Part shown: piece by piece, positions 1 to 13,948 of the stretch
Layout of the letters: each line of letters begins with the position of its first letter
How positions within the stretch are numbered: position 1 is the stretch's first letter
DNA from: Octopus sinensis
Taxonomy: Eukaryota
Assembly (NCBI RefSeq): GCF_006345805.1
Contig: NC_042997.1
Span: 63,550,001 to 63,614,000 of the forward strand
Direction: 5' to 3'
DNA length: 64,000 nucleotides
Notes under the pieces: generated by a model
Seen by the model: the letters and a program-made list of their open reading frames with translations, nothing else
What the model was told of the DNA's origin: nothing
The model's database searches: none
Program-made: the position numbers and the translations under genes

Positions 1-189
1 GACATCAATTTTAGATATATCTGATTGATATGAGAATATTCAGTGGTTCGCTTAATCACTTAAAAATAGAAGTTAAAACCTACTCATTCTGCCGTCTAAC
101 AAAAATATGACATTGAATAAAATAGATTTATTTATACTATATATGAAACAAAGGCATGAGATTATGAACAGTACAAATGTTATAATACA

Positions 190-582
190 CTAGCAGTATC
201 GCCCGGCGTTGCTCGGGTTTTAAGGGAAATAACTATATAAGCATTTTTAGAGAGTTATAGCCAAAAAATAGCAAAAAATTGCATTAAAAATTGAAAAAAA
301 ATTAAGGTAAATTTTTTTTAAACGTTGACACATCGTAGATATTTTTAGAGAGTTACTTCCCTTATATAAAAGCGAAAAAAATGCATTAAAATGGAAAAAT
401 ATGATGGTAAATTTTTTTAAAATCGTAGACTCATCGTAGACGCACGCTAATACCCAGAATGGCTCGATATGAATCACGACTATAAGATACCCGCTTTTGG
501 TTAAACTGCACCGCAAAATGTGGGAGTAGTTAGGAATCTAAATCGTAGGAGACAGACACACAACTTCACTCTTATATAAAGA
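190..582 (-). mobile_element. Non-autonomous Helitron
   Basis: The minus strand starts TC (582-581) and ends with the hairpin CCCGAGCAACGCCGGG followed by CTAG (193-190). It sits between A189 and T583 with no TSD, which are canonical Helitron termini. Confidence 0.8.
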
Positions 583-599
583 TGCTTTTTTTTTCAGTC

Positions 600-911
600 A
601 TAGAGTTAGATTTATGAAGGTCTTCAGTAGAAAATCCTTCGAATTCTGACTCGCTGCTTGATATAATGAAATTCGTATCCATTTTTTGTCAGAATTACAA
701 ATTTTGAAAACACAATAGGAACAAATTTCGGAAAAAAATCTCCCATAATTCACGGAATTAAAATTACACTTCGATTTTTGTACAAAACTGTATTTGAAGT
801 GTTTACGAAGTATAATACGTGTTTTCACGAATGTACTAAAGAGATTTGCTCTGATATTCTCATTTAAATATGAATAGGTAAATTCGGGCGGCTTGGTAAC
901 GAAAGGGTTAA
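600..911. mobile_element. piggyBac-like non-autonomous element end
   Basis: It ends ...GGTAACGAAAGGG|TTAA, a CCC-starting terminus plus TTAA target. The other end is not seen and may lie left of the window; the left boundary is approximate. Confidence 0.45.
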
Positions 912-3581
912 ACGGATGCATACATTTATTAATCTCTTATTATAATAACTATATATAAGTGTCGTCTGTTTATACATAAACACTGTTTCATACTGCAATT
1001 ATATATACATATATCTATATATAATATTATATAATAAAATATATACAGAGTAAAATAAAAACCAATTTACCTTTTCTGTCCGTCCGTGTGTCTTTGCAAA
1101 TGTGTTGGAATGATAAGTGATTTGTGTTTTGGCGCCTTTTTTAATAACAAAGACACACGTGTTTGTATGTAGTTGTATGTGTATGTAGTTGTATGTAGTT
1201 GTATATGTATGTGTATGCGTGTGTGTGAGGAATGACACACACACACTCACGCACGCACACATGTACATCAATGCTTTCGGAATGATATGTTAAAATATTG
1301 AGTTTTCTCGAATTTTGTCTTAATTGGTGGTAAAATTGAAAGAATTTTTTATGGCATCACCCACTGAAGTACTCTGAAAAATCATGGGTACGCTCTAATT
1401 GAAGAAATTGTGTGAGGAGTAAATCGTTATGTATTTATTTGTTTCTGTTTGCTGTGTTTTTTTATTTTTTGAGTAGTGGTTTAAATACTTTCAGTTTAGT
1501 CTTCCTCAAATCACTCTGTCGCTATTTACTTTCATTTTATTCGTTGCACACTGTGTGTGTGCGTTTGCGTGTGGTGTAAACCAGACTAAGAAAAGCATTT
1601 GACACACACACCAGAATGTGAGTTTTCTGTAAATTTTGCTTAATTGGAGTTTAAATTTTAAAAACTGGACCTGGAATGACCCGATGCATTCTACTCTTAA
1701 AAATGCTAGGTAAATTGTAATTGAAGAAATCCTATATTGTAGATTTCTATAACTCCCAAAGGGAGGCAGATAAAATCTGCCTTTTATAATAAGAGATACA
1801 TGCGTACACACACACACATTTCTCCAGGGCAGACATGAATTTAAAGGAAATAAATATTACGGAAAAAATTTACATTTGTCCAAATGTTTTATAATATCGT
1901 GTCTTATAGCATCTATCTCTGAAGGTACATTGTACGTTCAAGTATGAAATTGGATTTGTGTGTTAAAGAAGTACTTCATATTTCTCCTATATCCTCATGC
2001 AATGACCACCATTCTATTGCTGGAACAATCCCACTCTTACTCTATTATAAAGCACTGCAAGTTATCGTGTGTTGGGGTGGGGGTCGAATGTGTCTCTATT
2101 TGCCTGCATCTATAGAAACACCTTACAAAATTATCGATTCAAGTATAGCTTGCTCCCAACTAACGGATTGCTACACGTATGCCATCACCACTTCACATCT
2201 GCGATGGAAACGAAGTCTTATTTCTTCTTCACTCCTCTATGAAACATATACCTTAGCAATATATTTTAAACAAATTTACTTGCTATTAATAGAGAATATA
2301 TTATGAAACAATTTGTACGTACAAGATATATTTAGATATTTCTATGTTGTATTCTCCCTTGATGATGATCTTAGCATGAGAGTTTTCAGAAGTTTTGAAG
2401 TTGTAAGTTTTGAAATATTTAGGTGTGAATATATGTGGACACATTTTTGAATTGTTTGTTTAGAAGTTATTTGTTTTTTTTTTTTCTTAATTCCCATTGA
2501 AACTTTGCTGAATTCCTGCTGCTGATTTCTTAACTTTATCCATATCGTCATTTCTTATATATCAATATATTTTGTTATCTTATTGATTTCAAATTTCCAG
2601 AACACGTAACAATTCCAAAAATAACTACATATATCTCTATTTATCAAATATTCTCAGACGCCTTGAAACACAATTCAAGATCAAAGATGATTTGAACCAA
2701 ATGAAAAATAGAAACAAAAAGCCAAAAGATAAAAATGAAACAAACAAAAACAAATGAAGTCAAATAGTTACTCAATTTCACAAAACAACATATCATATCA
2801 ATATTCTATCAAAAACAATTGGACAGTTTTTTTTTGCGAAGTTTTATATAATTGATGTTTGAAGAATAACGCCGTATTGTTATTGTATGATGTTGCAGTC
2901 TTCGTATAAGTTTTCATCCATTTTCATTTGCAACACACACAATTGCACAAACAGAGCCCCCAGGTAGAGAGAATAAAAAGAAAATAGTGAACAAAATTTA
3001 AGTCACCATATCTGACATTACCTGAGAATATATTCATAACACTACTTCTTTCCGCATTAACGTATTCAGACTGTCGTCCATATTTTGCTTATCTATCTGC
3101 CATCTGCCGGAGTGTAAATATAAATATATATATATTTCGTTTTTGTATTTGGTTTATAAGATTCTTCATGTGAATTCGTGCGTCTGGGGAGAGTCATTCT
3201 CTTTCAGTGCCTTATTAATTTAATACACTCACTAATTTGCACTCATTTACTTATTTACTATTACCAAAATGTTCGTTGCGACTTGCAGCCTTTTCAATAA
3301 TCGTTGATCCTGGACGTTATCGGAATTGCGTGTGCGTCAATGTGCGTGCACATACACATATGTCTGTCTGTTTGTCTGTCTGTCTGTCTGGATGTATGTA
3401 TGTATGTGTGAATATATAATGTGTCCTTGTGTGAAGTGTACGTGTGTGGGTATGGTCATGTGTTTCGGTGTTCATTTGCATGTATATATGTGTTTACGTA
3501 TGTGTTTGTGTCCCCGTCTGTCCATATTACCTAAGTACCTATCTATCTGTAAATGTACCTCTCCATACGCTTATCCATTTA

Positions 3582-3584
<3 letters not shown>

Positions 3585-3651
<67 letters not shown>

Positions 3652-3652
3652 T
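3585..3652. repeat. (TA)n microsatellite
   Basis: Seen directly in the sequence. Confidence 0.95.
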
Positions 3653-3772
3653 ACGCACACACAGATACACACACACAAACACGCCTACATTATGACCTAC
3701 TAACAACATGAGGACAAATATCCGTCAAATGTAAATAATGTAAATAACATTACCAATCTGTTGTCATATATG

Positions 3773-3784
<12 letters not shown>

Positions 3785-3835
<51 letters not shown>

Positions 3836-3868
3836 GTGTGTGTGTGAGTGTGTGCGCATGTGTGTGTG
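3785..3868. repeat. (TG)n microsatellite
   Basis: Seen directly in the sequence. Confidence 0.95.
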
Positions 3869-5721
3869 AGAGTCAGAGAGAAATAGAAGGAAAGAAACTG
3901 AGAGATACAGACAGAGAATCAGATAGAAGCATTCACACATGTAGAGAGGATGTGAGGACTGCAGAAATCCTGGGAAGACCTTAGCACATGATGCAAAAGT
4001 CCTGGTTGAAAGGATGTCGAGTGTGGTGCATCCGAAAAGCCGTAACAAGTTTTTCATATATCATGGTGTAAGATTGCGATCAGACGAAACAAATAATTAC
4101 GGTGTTGCATAAATTTATTCTCTCTCATTTCCACCATTTCGTTTGGTTGGTGGAACTATTTGACAGCTACACACATTGGTTTGTATATATAAAATTTATA
4201 TAAATATGCACAATGTTCAATTAATTTATGAATGAAATAGTTTGCAATCTGCCTTCTTATCAGACCATAAGGTTATTATTAGAGTTATAGACATCCCGTA
4301 TTCCCATTTCCAAGATGGAATTTGTAGATAACATACATGTTATATTACATCCATTTGTGAATGAAATACTCCTGCGAATCTCCGAAAAAATAAGTTAATG
4401 TAACTATCTATGAGCAATGGAAGAGTATTCATCATCAAGGGAGTATTTGAGTTCCAAGCTTGTTCTCCAGTTTCCAAATTCTAAATAGATATTCTCTCAT
4501 CATAAAATACACATTGCGAAACCCTCATAAATTCTTGCTATGAATCCTACTCGCATACCTAACAGCCGATCGCAAAAATTCACATGGTCTCTAGCGTTAT
4601 AATTTCATGTTAACTAATAGTGACACTCCATTTTTTCAAATAATTTTCTAACACTCTGGAATCTACTCCAAACACTAAAGACATGCGACACAGTGCTTCA
4701 GTTAGAAATTTAAGATAGCTTTAAATCTGTTAACATTTGAATTAGTTTACTTCGATTTAAATTTTAAAGATTTAACCTTTACTTTCCAAACATTTTTCTC
4801 TTTCCTTCTTGTTGACAACAACCTGTAGGTTTACCATAGAACTTGTTTGCCAATATTTGAGATTTTTTTGCATCTACAGTCAGCAATTTCATAAAACGTC
4901 AAGCAGCCGTCATGTTACGTTGGTTGCACTGGGTGGTAGCCATCTCTGATATCTTGTACCTTGTCAATTTGTTTTGTTGCTATTTCCAAACAACATTGTA
5001 TAATCACCTCATTTGCTTTGGTTATATCTCCCACAATATTCCTTAGTTCTAGATTAACGAGATGTTTCACATGAAACCGTATGCAGCAGATATGCTCTTT
5101 CAACATGAAACGTTCAGTGCATAATGGTGATGCATAGGCACCCACAATTTAAATATTTCTTACCTACTTAAAAATACTATAACTGAAACAACAACCCGCT
5201 CTACTTATCAAAATGTACCACAATGAAATGTTATTCATTTGACGACTCCACTTCTATGACAAAGATTTTTTAAAATGAAAGTTATTTCTCTCCTTTATTT
5301 GCGCATTGCACTCATACTGAATCTCACTCATTAGATACTATTTTACTTCCACCAATTCCTTCCTAATTCTTGATTTCATTCCTACTTACCTATATTCTAT
5401 TTGCACATGTATTTCCCTACATCGCTGCCACCTTTCCATTATGGGTGCTGTATCTTGTTACTGAAGCATATAAACTTCACTACTTACAATACAATGTTTC
5501 TTTGTGGAGTTTAGAGAAAAAGAAATTCCACCTCTTGTAGGCAACTGAAATGCATAGGTTAAATATATATCGGAAAACATGGGAAATATGATATTGTTAT
5601 TGCATCTCTTCAAAGAAATTATTACGATAGCTCAAATGCATTTGCTTACAATTGTAAGCAACGTGTCAAATGTCTGTGGCCGATGTTATCAGTTAAATAC
5701 ACCTTAGCATACAGATTACAG

Positions 5722-6040
5722 AAAGCGCATGCTTTAGCGGTTAGAGCGTCGGGTTCACAATCCTGTGGTAGTGAGTTCGATTCCCGGACCAGGCTGTGTG
5801 TTGTGTTTTTGAGCGAGAGACTTTTTTGATCCAGCTCACTCAACTGTAGAAATAAGTTTCGACGTCACTGGTGCCAAGTTGTATCGGACTTTGCGTTTCC
5901 CTTGAATAACATCGGTGGCATGGAAAGGGGAGGCAGTATGCATGGGCTATTGCTGGTCTTCCATAAACAACCTTGCTCGGACTTGAACCTCGGAGGAAAA
6001 CTTTCTCGATGTAATTCCATGGTCATTCATTTAACCTTTT
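5722..6040 (+). mobile_element. tRNA-derived SINE with CORE-like centre
   Basis: A-box-like TAGCGGTTAGAG and B box GTTCGATTCC, followed by TGTGTTGTGTTTTTGAGCGAGAGACT (CORE-like). Possible decayed TSD TTAGCATA on both sides. Confidence 0.75.
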
Positions 6041-7189
6041 TAGCATAAAATTAAGCTACTAACTATAATGTCTCTAGAAAGGATTCAGTATAGTGTTTAC
6101 TAATCGGCTTGAAACGGGGTGGGGAATATGAAACAGAGGAGTTAAAATAGGGACTAGCATATGTTTAATGATACATTGAGTAATCAATAGATTGAGCCTA
6201 TAGTTGAGAAAACAGCATGGTAATACAATATTACTACGAAGTTGATACTATTTAAGTACGATTGCTGTAAATAAGTTTCTGTTGATGTTTCTATAAAAAG
6301 ATATGCCATTACATAGTCATTTCGATGTGCCCACCTGTACCAGAAAGCAAATCAATATACTTTTATTGGGAATCAATTATTTATTAAAAGAATCTTAACT
6401 ATTCGCAGAACATATTCGGCTGCATATGACTCCACTTTTTATCGATAAAATTCCAAAGCTTTAGATCAAATCAGAATTATAGTAAAAAAAAGCCACTATC
6501 ATAAAAAATACACGATAAGATAAAAATATTTGTAGTATAGATTCTTACTTTGCCTTAAGCTCATGCATTATACACGGTCGTAGACACATCAATATGACAT
6601 ACACAGACATATCCACATATATATGCAAACAATCGCAGGAGCATATCCCACCATGTGTAAATATATAAAGTTTTGAATAACTAAATCACCTTATATCCTA
6701 ATAAAATCTTTTGAACCATAATATTATTCTGCTTTCAGAATGATTTAATAAGAGGCTTTCTTCCGCATAATTTTTCGATATAGCTTCCGTATTAGAATAC
6801 ATCAAGTGAGGACACGTTATTCAGTAAGTTTCAAATCAAAGTGTACTTAAAACTCACAGTAATTCTATTCATGTAACAGATTGATGCTGTTGATTTTTAC
6901 AAATCCCTGCCTTACTGTATCCCTTTTCTGCCGTGAGATGTCTAATGCGCATTAATTCGGCAATGAGATCTAAATAAGCATTCATATACTTTACAATATT
7001 ACCTATGCTAACAAGACAGCGATATACAACTACAAGGTATATATTTATATATAAATAGAGTAAACTCTTGTGATTTACATGTCTAACTTACAAATGCTAT
7101 TGAAATGCATTCTGTTACAGCTCGGATCTTCTTTAGATTGAGGCAACGGTAGTTTTTAACCTATATTGAATGTACTCGCTTAAAGAAGT

Positions 7190-7257
7190 ATAATAATAAA
7201 ATAATAATAGTAACAGTAGTAGTAGTAGTGGTAGTAGTAGTAGTAATAATAATAATA

Positions 7258-7333
<76 letters not shown>

Positions 7334-7381
7334 AAGAATGATGATAATAATAATAATAATAATAATAATAATATATGGAAC

Positions 7382-7412
<31 letters not shown>

Positions 7413-7440
7413 ATATATATATAATATATATATATATACT
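7190..7440. repeat. Compound (AAT)/(TAG)/(GAA)/(TA) microsatellite
   Basis: Seen directly in the sequence. Confidence 0.95.
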
Positions 7441-7879
7441 CATATACACACAACATAGCTTCCTCTTAGGCAACAGCACGTGCGTAAATATGTAAACACT
7501 GCAATAATTATACACGAAAACTTCAAACCAGTGAGTAAAATTGTTAAATTTTAAATTCTAAATTTTACTCTCATATACATCCATATTTATACAAAACCTC
7601 TCTATACATGCACATTCCTGTTTCTTATCGATCTCTCGCTGATACATTAATAATAATTATATCTATGAAACATCAACACATGTCCATGGGCGGTGTTCAG
7701 TTAAAAATGTAAACACTGTAGAAACGAAGCCATATCAAAACCCAACCACAAAAGGAAAATCGCTCGGCAAATGGTCATAGATACTAATAAATAGTTGATT
7801 TATGATTTACACACACTACAATGCAACTCTCCTCCAAACACATACAGGAATAAACCTAATACTGCATCGGCAGATAATA

Positions 7880-8850
7880 GAGTAAAGAGGAGGAAGTGAA
7901 CCAGCGAAGAAAGCATGATAGTGATGCAGTGCTACTTAGAAAGTGAACTTAAAAGAAGGGGCTATAGAAAAGGGATGTTAACACTTTGGGTAAAGAAGAG
8001 CATGTTTAAAGTGACTTGACTGAGCAGAGATTAGCAGGTCAAGTTAATACTATTAGGAGAAGAGAGTGGAAGACAAAATTAGATGTAAAAGATATCACCA
8101 AAAAACTGGAAAAGAAAGACCAGACAGTAGGAAAAGCAAGCAACAACATACGAGATATAACTTAAACCAAAGAAGTACCTAAAGGAAAAAAATAATAATA
8201 AGACCACCAATAAGGAAGGGACAACTGGAATCAGCGACTTCAGGGGTTTAAGTGATGCGTAAAAAAGTAAGAAAAAGATTGCCAATATTAAAAGGCACTA
8301 ACAGAAGGAAGGTTCTAGAAATGACTAGGAAAGTAGATTCTGTTATCAATAGGACACATGCTAAAAATATGGCAGGCACTATCTTACTCATCTATGTCGG
8401 GGGGGGGGGGGGCAGTCGTCATTAGAAGATTAGATATCTCTCGAGGAAAGATGAAGAAAGAGCAAATGTGTGGTAAAGGAGACTACAAAATAAAGTGAAA
8501 TCTTTAAGACAAGATCTGAGTAAAATAGAAGCCTGGAAACTGAATAATTTAGGGAAAAGATTTGGGACAGTAATATAAGAGTTGAAACAGCATACAATAA
8601 CAGGCACGTTCTCCAGATGTCAGAAAAGAATAGATCACTATCCACACAATAGATTATTTGAGACAGGCCAGAAGAGATTTTATAACCAAATAAATAGTGG
8701 AGAACGAAGTACTGAAGATAAGAAACTTACTGCAGAAGAAGTTAGAAAGTTCTGGGTAATATTTGGGATAAGCCAGTCAATCATAATGGAGATGCAGTAT
8801 CATTGAAGAAAGTAAGGGAAGAGGTAGTGAGTGAGAAGCAGCTAGATCTC
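7880..8850 (+). mobile_element. Decayed 5' (pre-RT) part of a Dong/R4-like LINE
   Basis: EQRLAGQVNTIRKR at ~8022 and QKRIDHYPHNRLFETGQKRFYNQ...EEVRKFW at ~8620 match the N-terminal motifs in the 16-20 kb element (RNKFYRQNIFFKTDAKKFY...EEVEEFW). Confidence 0.7.
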
Positions 8851-9524
8851 TAGCTATAAGCACATTCTTAGCTATGTCTTGTACATTGAAAACTTGAAAT
8901 TGGGATAACTGTTAAAAGCGAGTATTTCATTAGCATTTAGTCTTATATTTGAATATACCTTCTAGCATCTTAATCTTATTGTCATGTATTAATTTGGTAA
9001 TCTCTTTGAACATTACGAACTTAATACTTCAAATTGAGATCGATGATGAACTGACTCCAGAAGAGACCAGCTTTTTATTAGCTTTAACACAGTATTTTAA
9101 TACCTCCATTGCCAAATATTCTAGTTCAGTCAGAGAGATATATCACTTAGACCAGTGATCATCAGACTTTGAATAAAATAACATCGACTTCCTACTGTCC
9201 TTTTTAAATCTTAGCTAAAAGCTTTGCATACCCAGCAGAATGCAATAAAATTGCTTTAATTGTCCTCGCACAATCTACAGAACTCAAGGTGGTATATTGA
9301 ATTTACGTACCATAAGGTTCTAGATCCACATGCTAAGAAACTTTCTATTGTATATATGCTTCTATTGAGGTAAGAAACAAGCGTAATTCCCGTGTTTCCG
9401 TAATTTTCACGCAAATTCTCTGCTTAGTAATAATATGATCTACAGCAATAAAGCGTGATTCTATAATATACGAATTTAGGAAATAACTACTCTATTAGGT
9501 ATTTTAAAAATGGTTGGATATAAG

Positions 9525-9620
9525 AGGTGGCGTGTTTCTGTCGTAAGAAGCTTGCTTCCCAACTAAATGTTTCCGGGTTCAGTCCACTGCATGACGCCTT
9601 GGGCAAGTGTCTTCTACCAT
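9525..9620 (+). mobile_element. 3'-truncated SINE head (family of 49491-49860)
   Basis: GTAAGAAGCTTGCTTCCCAAC...CCGGGTTCAG is shared with the 49491 copy, and is followed by CORE-like CCTTGGGCAAGTGTCTT. Confidence 0.7.
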
Positions 9621-12284
9621 ATCTTTTATCCTGAAACTAATTCAGGATAAAAGATAGAGTAAGTTATGCAATTTAAAAAAACAAACAAATTTCTATAAAT
9701 CTCTGTATGTCTTTGTATTCCTACCACTGCAGAAATGGTATTTGTTTTCATCAACATATTTAAGTTATAGTTAATTTTTGATATATAATTTTAGCACCAG
9801 CAATACCTGCATTATATGAATTCTCATCCACTTTTATGCCCTCAAGTTCAAAATATTACTGACTCATTCTCCTAACGAAATTTGAGTTGGCTGAAGTGAC
9901 TACTGAACATTTCAATCCCTTCAAGTTGCACATAAGGCTAAGTTGACTCTGATTCCGACAAATTGTCTGCATTCTCTTTTTAGAACATGATGACGAAGAA
10001 TGTAAAATTTTCTATGAATAATAAAACAATCATTTTGAAATTTATTAAAATATTATTTAGTTCGTTGGATATGCATGTTAATCCCATTAAATTCTTTGAA
10101 TGTGCCTCCCAAATTAACAGAATCATATTTATTGCTTTTAATTATTGTTGACAGTGTCCAAACCGAATTTCATAAATTATATTTCCCTCAACGAAATGAA
10201 TTAAATATACACCTTCTCACGGTGAATGAACTACGTGTGCAGCAGCAATCTAATATTTCCTCATCGTTGTGGTAACACATTTGTCGAAAGATCTTATCCC
10301 TTTTAACTTTAAACTTGATGTCCTTTACATATTAATTAAATTTAATGTTGATTGTAGATGTGTACTCAAACGTGTCCCTACATATATTGTCTATGACCTA
10401 CACATTGAAGGAACAAACTTTTGGGTAACTCCTTCCTTCAAAACAGCAACGAAATTTCGATAGACAGTTATCACTTATGATGCTGCATCAATACAATGCG
10501 ACAATATTGTTGAAGCAGATATCATTATTTCGGATGTTATGATCTTATATTAATATGTATTGACTCTCGTTTTGTATCTCTAATAAAATTTGTAAGGAAT
10601 CGGTTTCGTCTAGCAATAAACTGTTTTACCCAAAGGACCGTCCATATGCAATTAATAAAGTATTATTATATGCAACGGTAGATTTATTCACCTCCATAGA
10701 CAATATGAATTTTGAAGAATAGATAAAAGTTTATTTTCAATTTAATCAAGCTGTAATGTTTTCATAACTTCCAATGAATCATAACATTTAACTGCAGAAA
10801 TAACGTCTCTGATACAAAGTGTTGTCAAAGTTTAACCAATTATGATAAATGTGAAGGTGCAGTCAATAAATCTTTGTTCTTTGAACCTTGTTTCTTAAAA
10901 TGACGTAGGCTTATAAAGTAATTTTAAATCATAAATAGCGTTTACAAAATCTTCAATGTACTTGTGGTACTCTATTAAATATTTTATTAATAAGTTGTTG
11001 TAATCGATCTGGTTTCATAACTTCGTTAGAAGTCATGTAACTGACGAAAGAAGTTGTAAGTTGCTTCTTCGTAATACATTCGGTCATACCTACATATCTT
11101 CAGGCAGTCTTGTAAGCAGTTATGATTGTATTACACTTTTTTCGAGACTAAGTTTTAATATGTTAGCTTAAATTATTCGAAAATCTCATCACAATAACAC
11201 GACAAAAATATAGCAAACAACAAAAACAACATCAACAATAGCAGCAGCAGCAACAATAACAAATAAATTTTGCAAACAAAAATAACGCACATTTGATGTG
11301 TATTTTTATTCATGAATCACCTAACCCAATCAATATTAAATTTGATTTAACCTCACTCTAATTGACCTAATCTAAATTAAATCTTACATACACAAAGAAA
11401 GATGAAATGCTTAATGACATAGCCTGTTAAACGCATAAATATATATCTAGATGTTGATACAAGAATTATATGCGGATTGTGAGTAGATATATCTATCATT
11501 CTAAGTCTAGATTAACTTAACTAATAAAGTACCGCATTAAAAATTAAAATATTATCACATTAAATATATATGAGAAAACATTTTCCGCGGAACATCTTCA
11601 TGCAAAAAAATGTAAGTAATAATTTCAATACAACGTCTATGTTATAAAACTTACAATGTTATAGACTAGAGATTGATATGGCCGATAATAAAATAGGATT
11701 AATACGAAATGAAAATAGCCTATGGAAATAGGAAATAGAATGACGTGTGTATGGTAAATTTAATCAAACTGCATATTATATTAATGCACATGTCACCATT
11801 GTTCAGAATATAGCACACGTTAAAGATTCCCAGCATACACATATAGAGTATTGAAAATATATAGCAACGAGTAACAAAAAATCTCAAATTTTACAACGGA
11901 AACCATCAAATATGAATCATTTGAAATTTATTCAAAAGAGAGATAACTTCATGATTATTTATTGTCAGCCGCATGACAGAGGCCTAATAAATTAAGATTC
12001 TTATTCAAGAATAGGGGACTTTCAAAATAGAGACCTATTATTTCGTGTAATTCTCCGTAACACACTAAAGAAGATGGAATTCATTTTGGTTGGAAGCATG
12101 AACTAAGAACAAGTACAATGCCCTATCCATCGCGATGAAAACAGAGTTAAATTAGATTTTTTTTTTAAATTGGGAAAAATTAGCGATTCATATCAATGGA
12201 CAGTATAATCCTTCATATCGTGTAATAAGTGATTAGAACCACTTACGACAATAGAAACAGATATACAAAAGCGAGTTTCTTAGC

Positions 12285-12600
12285 ATTTGGTTCTAGTGAT
12301 TAGGCTCTCGTACTCATGATCATAAGGTCGTGATTTCCATTTCACGACCGGTAGTGCATTGTGTCCTTGAGTAAAACACTCCGTTTCACAGTTGTGAGTT
12401 TACTTCGACATCGGACGTGCGGAATATGTAGAGTATTGTACACCCAAATAGGCAATATTGATCTGAGGGACGGAATGAACTAATGTACAGCGCAAATATT
12501 TGATCACTGAACAAATCCTCTGTAATTGTTGTTCAACAAAAAATTATGACTGCAGAGTCCACTACCATATTATACGCCTGGATACAGACAAATGCATTGT
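12285..12600 (+). mobile_element. Degenerate tRNA/CORE-like SINE
   Basis: Eroded tRNA head followed by TTGTGTCCTTGAGTAAAACACT. The 3' boundary is approximate. Confidence 0.5.
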
Positions 12601-13749
12601 CTCTTATCTGTAGCCTCTTTATCACAAGTATATTTAAGCTTAAGTCTTAAATCGTCTGAAAATGAGCGTTGACGAGCCATGGATTATATTAGTAAATTGA
12701 ACAATTGTGAAATAGCATTATTACTATTGTGGTAGTGGATAAATTAACTAACTCTTACACATTTCTTTTGCATCTTATCATTATTCAACAAGTATAAAAC
12801 ACTGGTGATGTTACACTGTGATTGCGCAGCCGCTGCGTACAGCGGTTTATTTTTTTAACCTGATGTATTTTGAACGAAATGGATCATACGCTTAAGGCAC
12901 TTTAGTATTTTCATCATTAACAGAACCTTTGACGGGAAATCAAGGATCTCCTGACAACCACTCAACTTTACAATTGCAGATACCGCACTTCAAATCACAG
13001 TGCACTAAAAGGCATTTTGCCAATTCGATTTTTATTTCTTCACCTTTTTATAAAGAATGAAAAGAAGAAAAAATAAAACATGTTGATTAAAATCTTTAAG
13101 TGAAATATTAAGAAATTTCCTTGTCAAAATTATATTGAAGTAAGGAGAGTTAATGCTATTCCGTAGCTTTATTGTGACAATGATTGATTAAACATAAGAA
13201 TGGATCTAAAGTATCCAAAACGCTTTCAGTTAATATCCGAAAACAACCTGTTAAATCCAGTACCACCGTGTTTAATCAGTCTTTGATCACTCCTTGTACG
13301 ATTCAGTTGTCAGCTGGAGAGAAAACATCATCACAGTGTATAATTAAACATCTAATCATTTTGTATCATCATCAGAAGCTCAATCAATGTCAGAAGTTTA
13401 ATATTCTTAACATGGAAAGAAGGAGATTAATCAGACTAATTCTTAATGTTACTTTTGAATTGTCAATTTAATAGGAAAACAATTTGTAATTGTGAGCAAC
13501 TCTCATTATAAGAAGATCAATTTTCTGAATGTCATTGAGAGATCTCCTTCGTAGATACACAATTAAAAAGCGATGTGTTGGGTGAGACTATATAAATTAA
13601 GTTCTGAGCTTAGTTCCTGCCCAGATCAACTTTGCATTTCATATTTCAGGGTGTCGATAAAATAGGGTTATAATCAAAAAATAATTTCGATTTAATCGTT
13701 AAAACTTCGCCCTAAATTTGAGAGCTCTTGCCTATGGAGGAAACAACGT

Positions 13750-13948
<199 letters not shown>

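Larger units (their letters stand above)
1900..13560. pseudogene. Decayed intronless coding-like tract of unknown identity, interrupted by TEs (continues at 20900-22300)
   Basis: Manual translation gives stop-poor, protein-like frames. Examples: minus ~2240-1950 EEEIRLRFHRRCEVVMAYV*QSVSWEQAILES...GIVPAIEWWSLHED; minus ~9210-8930 YISLTELEYLAMEVLKYCVK; plus ~11650-12280, about 210 codons with 8 stops. I recognise no family motif. Confidence 0.4.

Noticed and set aside
3260-3310. Minus-strand TTGAAAA-GGC..GTC-GCAA as a hammerhead
   Set aside because: Too many core changes; it may be a remnant but cannot be supported.
6320-6362. Minus-strand YIDLLSGTGGH, resembling a SAM-binding methyltransferase motif I
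   Set aside because: It lies in a short frame, an overlapping frame is more open, and no downstream MTase motifs are visible.
9150-9200. Minus-strand FYSKSDDH as a bunyavirus-type RdRp motif C
   Set aside because: Motifs A (DxxKW) and B are not found at the expected spacing.
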